A DNA stretch of 47,757 nucleotides, taken from Myxococcota bacterium (GTDB taxonomy: Bacteria > Myxococcota > XYA12-FULL-58-9 > JALHOP01). The position numbers were made by a program, and so were the translations under genes. The stretch lies in NCBI GenBank assembly GCA_041288095.1, contig JBGGMJ010000163.1, positions 1 through 47,757 of the forward strand. Reading direction: 5' to 3'. Of this stretch, positions 38,186 through 45,999 are shown piece after piece. Below the pieces are notes generated by a model. It had not been told where the DNA came from, searched no databases, and saw nothing but the letters and a program-made list of their open reading frames with translations. How positions within the stretch are numbered: the stretch's first letter is position 1; the number at the start of each line of letters is the position of its first letter.

Positions 38186-38219
38186 GCAGTTGCCATACCT
38201 TGTACAAACCTTGTACACG
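38186..38219 (+). promoter_or_regulatory. CarH/CarA-type operator overlapping the crt operon promoter
   Basis: 11-bp tandem repeats GCAGTTGCCAT, ACCTTGTACAA, ACCTTGTACAC (nnnnTnnACAn pattern); TTGCCA(38190-95)-N18-TACACG. Confidence 0.8.
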
Positions 38220-38229
38220 GGTATGGGCA

Positions 38230-38847
38230 ATGACCATGGTGTTGGGAACGCTGCTCGTCATCGGCCTCATGGGTGCGACCTCGACCGTGGAAACCGGCGC
38301 CGCGCGCGCCGCCTACTGGGAAGGCAGGGCCGCGAGCGGTAAAGCCCGGCGGGAGCACTTCCAGCGCGGTGTCGACGCCGCCCGTGCCGTCCTCGCGGAG
38401 CATCCCGACGACCCCGAAGGCCTCTTGTGGTTGGCGGCGAACCTCGGCGCCGAGGCCCTCGAACGCGGGAAGCTTCGCGCGCTGCCGGTCATCCCCAAGA
38501 TGGTCGAGCTCCTGAACCGGCTCGACCGCGTCGCGCCGAGCTTCGAAAATGCCGCGGCCGCGCGCACGCTCGGACACCTCTACGCGGTGGCGCCACCGGT
38601 GATCTCGGTCGGCAGCGACACCAAGGCCCGAGACCACTTCGAACGGGCGCTCGCGCTCGCCCCCGACTTTCCTGGCAACTTGGCGCTCGCCGCCGACTTC
38701 TTCGACGACGAAGGCGACGAAGGCGACGAGGAACGAGCGCTCGAGCTGGCGCGGCGTTGTCTCCTCACGTTGCCGCATTTCTTCCGCGATCCCGAAGCCA
38801 AGGAATGGCGCGCCATCGCGGAACGCATCGTCGAGGACAACGGCTGA
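38230..38847 (+). CDS. Exported TPR-like protein (TatT/RMD-like helical repeats), first gene of the crt operon
   Basis: Hydrophobic N-terminus; HPDDPEGLLWLAANLG, RTLGHLY..APP..S.G....A..HFERAL..AP. Confidence 0.7.
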   Translation: MTMVLGTLLVIGLMGATSTVETGAARAAYWEGRAASGKARREHFQRGVDAARAVLAEHPDDPEGLLWLAANLGAEALERGKLRALPVIPKMVELLNRLDRVAPSFENAAAARTLGHLYAVAPPVISVGSDTKARDHFERALALAPDFPGNLALAADFFDDEGDEGDEERALELARRCLLTLPHFFRDPEAKEWRAIAERIVEDNG

Positions 38848-39971
38848 TGACCTACGACGTCGTCCTCGTGGGTGGCGGCCTCTCCAACGGGCTGATCATG
38901 CTCGCCCTCGTCCACGCGAGCCCACGAGGGCGTATCGCCATCGTCGAGCAAGACGAGAAGCTCGGCGGCAACCATCACTGGTCGTTTCACGCCGCCGACG
39001 TGCCGGATGCCGCATGGCCATGGTTCGAGCCGTTGGTCGCTCATCGCTGGCCAAGCTACGACGTACGCTTTCCAACGTTCGAACGACGCGTCGACTCCCC
39101 CTACGCCACCGTCACCAGCGCCACGTTGGACGCGGCGGTCCGGCGCGCCGCGGACCAAGCCGGCGCGACCGTCATCCTCGGCCACCGGGTCACCTCGGTG
39201 CAGGCCGACCATGTAACGCTCGATGACGGCACGCGCCTCGTCGGCAACCTCGTCGTCGATGCGCGCGGCCCAGCGGCGCCTGGCAAGGCTGGCCTCGCCT
39301 ATCAGAAATTCCTCGGGCTCACGCTCCGGGTCGCCGGCGATATCCCAGCGAGGCCCATCGTCATGGACGCCTGCGTCCCGCAAGAACGCGGGCTGCGCTT
39401 CGTCTACGTCTTGCCGTTGGGCGGCGACCGGGTGCTCATCGAGGACACCTATTACGACGAGTCGCCGGTCCTCGATCGCACGCCCTTGCGCGCCAACGTG
39501 CTCGACTACGCGCGGGCGCAGGGCCTTGCGGTCATCGACGTCTTGGGGTCGGAGCACGGCGTGTTGCCGCTTCCGCTAGAGCGGACGATGACACCGCGCA
39601 TGGCGCGCCCGTTGATCGCGGGCTACGCCGGAGGCTGGCTGCAGCCCACCACTGGCTATTCGCTGCCCGTCGCGGTGCGTCTGGCGCTGGCGCTCGCCTC
39701 CGCGGATCCCGATACCGCCGTCGCCGACCTCGCGGCGCGGCATTCCGAGCAGGCGGTCTTCCTGCGGCGCCTGAATCGCTGGCTGTTCCGCGGCATCGCA
39801 CCCGAGCATCGCTGGCGCTTGTTCGCGAAGTTCTATCACCTGCCCAACGACGTCGTGGCGCGCTTCTACGCCATGGAGCTGGGCCCGCTCGAGCGCTGGC
39901 GCGTCGTCGCCGGCGTACCTCCTCGGGGCATGCGCGTACGTGAGCTGCTGCGCGCCGTGGGGGATGCATGA
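38847..39971 (+). CDS. crtY: Lycopene beta-cyclase
   Basis: VGGGLSNG, GGNHHWSF, YQKFLG, P.VMDA.V.Q..G.RFVY.LP, LIEDTYY, PTTGYSLP, FY.L....VARFYA. Confidence 0.92.
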   Translation: MTYDVVLVGGGLSNGLIMLALVHASPRGRIAIVEQDEKLGGNHHWSFHAADVPDAAWPWFEPLVAHRWPSYDVRFPTFERRVDSPYATVTSATLDAAVRRAADQAGATVILGHRVTSVQADHVTLDDGTRLVGNLVVDARGPAAPGKAGLAYQKFLGLTLRVAGDIPARPIVMDACVPQERGLRFVYVLPLGGDRVLIEDTYYDESPVLDRTPLRANVLDYARAQGLAVIDVLGSEHGVLPLPLERTMTPRMARPLIAGYAGGWLQPTTGYSLPVAVRLALALASADPDTAVADLAARHSEQAVFLRRLNRWLFRGIAPEHRWRLFAKFYHLPNDVVARFYAMELGPLERWRVVAGVPPRGMRVRELLRAVGDA

Positions 39972-40942
39972 GCATCGCCGACCTCCTATCGCGCACCATC
40001 GGCTCCGAGAGCGGCGTCCTCCGCCCGTGGCTCGACGCGGCGCTGGTCTCGCCACTCGATGGCTTCGTTCGCCAACCGGGTAAGCGGTTCCGTGGCCGCC
40101 TCGTCCAAATCGCCTGGGACCTGGCAATGCCTCCCGGCTCGAGCAGAGTCTTGCCGCCCGAGCTGCCGCAGGTCCTCGAGCTCGTCCATGCCGGCTCACT
40201 CATCGTCGACGACATCGAGGACGGCTCGAGCTCCCGGCGCGGCGCGCCCACCCTGCACTCGAGCCACGGGGTGCCGCTCGCTCTCAACGCCGGGAACGCG
40301 CTCTACTTCCTGCCCATCGTCGGCCTGCCGGCCATAGGCCTGTCCGCCGACGCGGAGCTCGCGATTCATCGGGAGCTCGCGCGCACCATGTCGCGATGCC
40401 ACGCCGGCCAAGCGCTGGACATCTACGCGACCCTCGACCGCGTACCTGTCGATGAAGTGCCTGAGCTCGTCGAGAGCATCGCGGGTCTCAAGACCGGCAG
40501 CCTCATGAGCGCCGCGGCTCGCCTCGGCGCCATCGCCGCGGGCGCGCCGAGCGCGGTCATCGAGGCGCTAGGCGCCTTCGGCTGCGAGCTCGGCATCTGC
40601 TTGCAGTTGCTCGACGACCTCGCGAATCTCTCGAGCCAGAGCGATCCGCAAAAGCGGCTCGAAGACTTGCGGGCACGCCGAATCACCTGGGTCTGGTCGT
40701 GGCTCGCTCGCCACCGGCCACGTGAACAGGTGCTCGACCTGCGCCGGCGCATCCTCGAGGGCAACGGCACCGTCGAGCCCACGGCGGCGGAGATCGTCGC
40801 GATGCTCGGCGACGGTCCGCGCCTGGAGGTACGCGATCGCCTGCACACCGCATCCCTGAAGCTCGCCACCCTGCTTGGCGAGCATCCAACCTTCGAAGTC
40901 CTCTTCGCCGAGGTCCGACGCCTGGAGGCAAGTTATGGGTGA
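39968..40942 (+). CDS. crtE: Polyprenyl (GGPP) synthase
   Basis: GKRFR, ELVHAGSLIVDDIED..RRG, GQALD, KTG, QLLDDLAN. Confidence 0.85.
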   Translation: MSIADLLSRTIGSESGVLRPWLDAALVSPLDGFVRQPGKRFRGRLVQIAWDLAMPPGSSRVLPPELPQVLELVHAGSLIVDDIEDGSSSRRGAPTLHSSHGVPLALNAGNALYFLPIVGLPAIGLSADAELAIHRELARTMSRCHAGQALDIYATLDRVPVDEVPELVESIAGLKTGSLMSAAARLGAIAAGAPSAVIEALGAFGCELGICLQLLDDLANLSSQSDPQKRLEDLRARRITWVWSWLARHRPREQVLDLRRRILEGNGTVEPTAAEIVAMLGDGPRLEVRDRLHTASLKLATLLGEHPTFEVLFAEVRRLEASYG

Positions 40943-42404
40943 GTCCCGCCGCGTCGCGGTGATCGGCAGCGGCTTCGGTGGGCTCGCCGCCGCCATTCGC
41001 TTGCAGACCGCCGGCATGCAGGTCACCGTCTTCGAAGCGCGCGACAAGCCCGGTGGCCGCGCCTACGTCTACGAAGATCAGGGTTTCACCTTCGACGCGG
41101 GGCCCACGGTCATCACCGCGCCCGATTGCATCGAGGAGCTCTTCCGCTTGAGCGGACGCAAGATGCGCGACTACGTCGAGCTCCTACCCGTCAGCCCCTT
41201 CTACCGCCTCCGTTGGGAGGATGGCGACAGCCTCGACTACGACCAGGACTTCGGCGAACGCATCGGGGCCAAGTGGCCGACCGAACGAGCAGGCTACGAG
41301 CGGTTCCTCGGCTACAGCCGCGACGTGTTCGCCAAAGGCTACACCGAGCTCGCCGCCACGCCGTTCCTGCGTTTCTGGGACATGGTGCGTGTCGCGCCCG
41401 AGCTGGCCCGCTTGCGCGCCGACCGCTCGGTGTATGACACGGTCGCGCGGTTCATCGGTAACGAGAAGCTACGCCAGGCGTTGTCGTTCCACGCGCTGCT
41501 GGTTGGCGGCAATCCGTTCGAGACCAGCGCCATCTACACCCTCATTCACTACCTCGAGCGTCAGTGGGGGGTGCATTTCCCACGCGGCGGCACCGGAGCG
41601 TTGGTGCAAGCGCTCGTGCGACTCCTGCGCGAGCTAGGCGGCGAGCTGCATCTGGGGCTTGCGGTCCGCCGTGTCCGCTTGAGCGGTGGAAAGCATTTTG
41701 TCACGACCGATACGGGCGAGACGGCCTTCGACGCCGTGGTTTCGAACGCCGACCTGGCGCACACCTACGCCGACCTCCTACGCGGCGAAGGGCGGGCCGA
41801 GCCCATGCGCAAGCGGCTCACCGGCATGGAATGGTCGATGTCGCTCTTCGTCATCTACTTCGGCACCAACCGCCGCTGGCCTGACCTCGCGCACCACACC
41901 GTGCTCTTCGGGCCGCGCTACCAAGAGCTCCTGCGCGATATCTTCCGCGGCAGCATCCTTCCCGACGACTTCTCGCTGTACCTACACGCGCCAACGGTGA
42001 CCGATCCATCGCTCGCGCCCGTCGGCTGCGAAGCATTCTACGTTTTGAGTCCCGTGCCGCATCTCGGGAACGCCGACCTCGATTGGGAGGCCATCGCGCC
42101 CGCATACGCGGACCGCATCCTCGCGTATCTCGAGCGTGACCTGCCTGGGCTCACTTCGAGCATCGTCACCAAGCGCTGGTTCACGCCGCGCGACTTCGCA
42201 TCGGAGCTGTCGGCGCACCACGGCTCGGCGTTTTCGGTCGCGCCGCGCCTGACGCAGAGCGCTTGGTTCCGGCCGCACAACCGCGACCCCAACATTCCCG
42301 GCCTCTATCTGGTCGGAGCCGGAACCCACCCCGGCGCCGGCGTGCCCGGAGTCATCAACTCGGCGAAGGCGACGGCACAGCTCATGGTTCGTGATTTCGC
42401 ATGA
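40935..42404 (+). CDS. crtI: Phytoene desaturase
   Basis: IGSGFGGL, FDAGPTVIT, LLVGGNP, SLYLHAP, WFRPHNRD, GAGTHPGAGVPG. Confidence 0.95.
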   Translation: MGESRRVAVIGSGFGGLAAAIRLQTAGMQVTVFEARDKPGGRAYVYEDQGFTFDAGPTVITAPDCIEELFRLSGRKMRDYVELLPVSPFYRLRWEDGDSLDYDQDFGERIGAKWPTERAGYERFLGYSRDVFAKGYTELAATPFLRFWDMVRVAPELARLRADRSVYDTVARFIGNEKLRQALSFHALLVGGNPFETSAIYTLIHYLERQWGVHFPRGGTGALVQALVRLLRELGGELHLGLAVRRVRLSGGKHFVTTDTGETAFDAVVSNADLAHTYADLLRGEGRAEPMRKRLTGMEWSMSLFVIYFGTNRRWPDLAHHTVLFGPRYQELLRDIFRGSILPDDFSLYLHAPTVTDPSLAPVGCEAFYVLSPVPHLGNADLDWEAIAPAYADRILAYLERDLPGLTSSIVTKRWFTPRDFASELSAHHGSAFSVAPRLTQSAWFRPHNRDPNIPGLYLVGAGTHPGAGVPGVINSAKATAQLMVRDFA

Positions 42405-43348
42405 ACCGCCCGTTCGACGATGAGGCGCTGCGCCTGTGCCGCGAGTCGCTGCGGCGCAACTCGCGCAGCTTCAGCTGGGCGTCGCTCCTATTGCCGGCCG
42501 CGGCGCGCGATCCGGTCGCCGTGATCTATGCCTGGTGCCGGCGCTGCGACGACGCTATCGACGACGTCCACGCAGGCGAGCAAGCCGAGGCCCTCGAGCG
42601 CCTGGCCGCCGAGGTCGATGCCATCTACGCCGGGGAGCCGATGCGTGACGTCGTGCTCACCGCCTTCCAGGTCGTCGTGCGGCGCCACCGCATCCCGCGC
42701 GTCTACGTCGACGAGCTACTCCTGGGCTTCTCCATGGACCTCGGCGTCGTCCGCTATGCCACGCGCGAGGAGCTCTTGCTCTATTGCTACCGTGTAGCCG
42801 GCGTCGTCGGACTGATGCTCTGTCACGTCATCGGCCTCGGGGATCAGACCCTTCTCGGGCGCGCCGCTCATCTCGGGATGGCGATGCAGCTCACGAACAT
42901 CTGCCGCGACGTCGCGGAGGATTGGGGACGGGGCCGCCGCTATGTTCCGAGCGAGCTGTTGCCCGCCGGGTCGCCCGAACCAGGTGGACCCGAGCCCTTT
43001 CCGCCTGGGCTCGCGCCGGCGTATGTCGAGCCGCTGCGGCATCTGCTCGCGATAGCGGATCGATACTACACTTCAGCCGACGCGGGCATCGTGGCGCTCG
43101 GCTTCCGCTCGGCGCTCGCGGTTCGCATGGCTCGTCGCGTTTACGCCGCCATCGGTTCGGTGATCGGCAAGCGCAACCACGACGTCGCGAGCGGGCGCGC
43201 CGTCGTCAGCGGCGCCGCCAAGCTCGGCATCATGTTGCGCGCCATCGCCGCCACTATCGCCGAGCTGCCTCGACGGTTGGCGACCAGGAGTCGACTCGCG
43301 CCGCCGCGGAAGATCGTGAGGTTCGAAGATGCAACTCTTGCCGCGTGA
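42401..43348 (+). CDS. crtB: Phytoene synthase
   Basis: SRSF, YAWCRRCDDAID, YCYRVAGVVG, LGMAMQLTNICRDVAED..GRRYVP. Confidence 0.95.
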   Translation: MNRPFDDEALRLCRESLRRNSRSFSWASLLLPAAARDPVAVIYAWCRRCDDAIDDVHAGEQAEALERLAAEVDAIYAGEPMRDVVLTAFQVVVRRHRIPRVYVDELLLGFSMDLGVVRYATREELLLYCYRVAGVVGLMLCHVIGLGDQTLLGRAAHLGMAMQLTNICRDVAEDWGRGRRYVPSELLPAGSPEPGGPEPFPPGLAPAYVEPLRHLLAIADRYYTSADAGIVALGFRSALAVRMARRVYAAIGSVIGKRNHDVASGRAVVSGAAKLGIMLRAIAATIAELPRRLATRSRLAPPRKIVRFEDATLAA

Positions 43349-43907
43349 GCTCGTGGTCTACGTCGGCCGCATCCGCGAGTTCGATCGCGCCGACTGGGCG
43401 GTCTACTTGTTTTGGGTCGTGGGCATGGTCGGGCTTGGGGTCGTCATCGCCGCGTTCCAACTGTTCGGGCGCGCTCACGGCGCCGTCTTTCCCGCCGAGG
43501 CATATCTCGTCCCCATCGGGGTGGCGATCTTCGCGGCCGCTATCGCGGTCGACACCATCGGTCACCGCACCATCTACAAGGAAGCGCTGCGGGGCGGCGA
43601 GCAGCTCGTGCATCACGTCATCATCGCGCTCGGCATCGCCAGCTGTGTCTTGCTGTGCCTCGCCTACGAGCATCCGCGCACCTACGCCATCCCGGCGGCG
43701 GTAGTTACTTCTCTCAGCTTCGTCTATTCGCTGGTCGACGAGGCCATGCACTGGCGCCGTTACATCAAGGCGAAATCGGACAGGGTCGAGATGTGGAGCC
43801 ACGTCTTCATTCTCACCGGCCACAGCATCATGATGCTCGGCTGGTGGCGGTGGTTCATGCTCGGCTACCCGGGAGTGGCCGAAACCTTGCGAGCCATCTC
43901 CGCGTGA
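43329..43907 (+). CDS. Uncharacterised 5-TM membrane protein with four [D/E]xxxH motifs; candidate carotenoid-modifying metalloenzyme
   Basis: DTIGH, EQLVHH, DEAMH, EMWSH; overlaps crtB and is coupled to the GT. Confidence 0.7.
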   Translation: MQLLPRELVVYVGRIREFDRADWAVYLFWVVGMVGLGVVIAAFQLFGRAHGAVFPAEAYLVPIGVAIFAAAIAVDTIGHRTIYKEALRGGEQLVHHVIIALGIASCVLLCLAYEHPRTYAIPAAVVTSLSFVYSLVDEAMHWRRYIKAKSDRVEMWSHVFILTGHSIMMLGWWRWFMLGYPGVAETLRAISA

Positions 43908-45100
43908 CGCGAAAGCGGATTCTCTTCGTCGCCGAGGCCGTGACGTTGGCTCAAGTCGTGCGGCTTCGCGTCCTGGCGGCTTCCCTCGACCCCGCGCGCT
44001 ACGACGTGCACTTCGCCAGCAGCACCTTCGATCCGCTCGTCTTCGCCGGCACGCATTTCACCCGCTGGCATATCGCGTCGCTTACGCCGCATCAGGTCGA
44101 GCGCGCCGTGGCACGAGGGTCACGCATCTATTCCGCCGCGACGCTGTCCAGCTACGTCGACGCGGAGCTGGGATTGTTCGACCGCGTGCGGCCGGATCTG
44201 GTGGTGGGAGATCTTCGCTGGTCGCTCGCGGTCTCCGCTCCCCATGCCGGCGTTCCACTCGCGTCGCTCATCAACGCGTACTGGAGCCCCTTCGCCCAGC
44301 GCGACGGTTTCCCGATGCCCGACCATCCGGTGCTACGCCTCCTCGCCGAGGCCACCGCTGAGCGCTACTTCCCGCGGGCGCTGCCGTGGGTCTTCCAGCT
44401 CTTCGCTCGCCCGCTGAACGTCGTGCGCCGGCGCTACGGCTTGCCGCCACTCGGCGACCTGCTCGAGCTGCTCACCTATGGTGACTACACCGTCCATCCG
44501 GATGTCTCCGAGCTCACGCCCCTTCGTGGCGCGCCCCATTCACACGTCTTCTTGGGGCCGGTGTTGTGGTCGGCGGCCGTCGCGTGTCCGGCGCTGGCCC
44601 AGCTCGGCGGCAAGCGCCCGCTGGTCTACGTGACGCTGGGCTCGTCGGGTCACTTGGCGGCGTTGAACGCGGTCCTCGATGGCCTGGGGGCGCTCGACGT
44701 CGACGTGCTCCTCGCGACCGCGGGGCGGGTGCGCCCGATGAACCTGCCCGCCAACGTGCACGTCGCGGATTTCGTACCCGGCGATGAAGCAGCCCGGCGT
44801 GCGTCCCTCGTCGTCTGCAATGGAGGAAGCACGACGGCCTACCAAGCCCTCGCCGCGGGCACACCCGTGCTCGGCGTTGCTTTCAACTTCGATCAACACC
44901 TGGCGATGCAAGCCATCGACCGCTACGGCGCCGGCGTGCGACTGCGCGCCACGACGCTCGAGCCCGCGCAGGTTCGCAACGCGGCGACCCACATGCTGGC
45001 GAGCACGAGCTTCAGGGCGCGGGCGGCGAGCTTGCGCGATTGCTTCGCGACTTACGACTACCGGAAGACTTTCGCGAGCCTCGTGTCCGCGGCGACCTGA
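43904..45100 (+). CDS. GT1 family glycosyltransferase (resembles mycobacterial PGL/p-HBAD rhamnosyltransferase type)
   Basis: RILFVAEAVTLAQVVR, PDLVVGD.R, YVTLGSSG, VCNGGS, DQ motif. Confidence 0.85.
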   Translation: MTRKRILFVAEAVTLAQVVRLRVLAASLDPARYDVHFASSTFDPLVFAGTHFTRWHIASLTPHQVERAVARGSRIYSAATLSSYVDAELGLFDRVRPDLVVGDLRWSLAVSAPHAGVPLASLINAYWSPFAQRDGFPMPDHPVLRLLAEATAERYFPRALPWVFQLFARPLNVVRRRYGLPPLGDLLELLTYGDYTVHPDVSELTPLRGAPHSHVFLGPVLWSAAVACPALAQLGGKRPLVYVTLGSSGHLAALNAVLDGLGALDVDVLLATAGRVRPMNLPANVHVADFVPGDEAARRASLVVCNGGSTTAYQALAAGTPVLGVAFNFDQHLAMQAIDRYGAGVRLRATTLEPAQVRNAATHMLASTSFRARAASLRDCFATYDYRKTFASLVSAAT

Positions 45101-45965
45101 GCGTCGCGAGCAGGTCTTGCGCGCCGATACCGGCGGATCGGACTCCGCGTGGCAACGCACCGAGGCTCGCGACACCCTGCCCGCCCACCCAGAGTGGTCG
45201 ACCAGCGCAGGCGGTCTTGTATGCGGCGACTGCTCGGCGGTCGGCCGCGGTCGCCGGGTTCGTGAGCGACAAGCAGACCATCGCCGGGGATAGGTCGCGC
45301 ACCGCCACGGCGAGCGCCTCGGGGGGCGTTCTCGCACCGAGCACCACTGGGCGCAGCCCCCTTGCCGCGAGATGCACCGCGACGACGTAGCAAGCGACGT
45401 CGTGCTCCTCGTCAGGGAAACACGCGACCACCGCGACGCCCCGTAGGGGACGCGCACGCATGCCCGCGACGAGCGATGCGAGATGCGCACGCAGCCGTTG
45501 CACCAGCCAATGCTCGTGCGCGACACCGATGCGGCCGTCTGCCCAACGGTCGCCGAGCTCGACCAGCGCCGGCGCGAGCACATGGAGCACGGCTTCTTCG
45601 GCCGCGTAAGCGTGCGTCACCTCGGTGAGCACTCTCTCCAAGGTGGCGCCATCGAAGACGCATGCCGCGTCGAGCAGGCGGTCACGCAGCGTGTCCGCGT
45701 TAGCGAACGGCAGCGCCTTGGCGCCACGCTGCTCGCGAAGCACCTGCTCGGCGGCCTCGTGGGCCGCCATGCCGGAGCTGACTAGATCCTTCATGCGCGA
45801 TAGGGAGCGCAGATCGATCTCGCTATAGAGCCGGTAGCCGCTGTCGGTGCGCGCCGGCCGAGGAATGCCATATCGGCGCTCCCAGGCACGCAGTGTCGAC
45901 GCGCCGATGCCCGCGCGTTCGGCGGCTTCCACGATGCGGTATTTCGGCCGGAGCTCGCGCGCCAT
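45012..45965 (-). CDS. carH: B12-dependent MerR-family photoreceptor/repressor (CarH/LitR type)
   Basis: LRAWERRYG..P.RT..GYRLY; W-x9-EH (WADGRIGVAHEH); EEHDVA cobalamin motif; LG..TP, VGGQG. Confidence 0.82.
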   Translation of the reverse strand: MARELRPKYRIVEAAERAGIGASTLRAWERRYGIPRPARTDSGYRLYSEIDLRSLSRMKDLVSSGMAAHEAAEQVLREQRGAKALPFANADTLRDRLLDAACVFDGATLERVLTEVTHAYAAEEAVLHVLAPALVELGDRWADGRIGVAHEHWLVQRLRAHLASLVAGMRARPLRGVAVVACFPDEEHDVACYVVAVHLAARGLRPVVLGARTPPEALAVAVRDLSPAMVCLSLTNPATAADRRAVAAYKTACAGRPLWVGGQGVASLGALPRGVRSAGIGAQDLLATLRSPRTRGSRKSSGSRKSRSNRASSPPAP

Positions 45966-45999
45966 CAGTCGCTATTATGACGGCTCCGGGGCGCCGACA

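Noticed and set aside
38704..38730. 9-bp duplication GACGAAGGC (DEGDEGDE)
   Set aside because: Short in-frame slippage with no evident significance.
40600..40630. CrtE second Asp-rich motif reads DDLAN instead of DDxxD
   Set aside because: DDxxN variants are known in active prenyltransferases; not evidence of inactivation.
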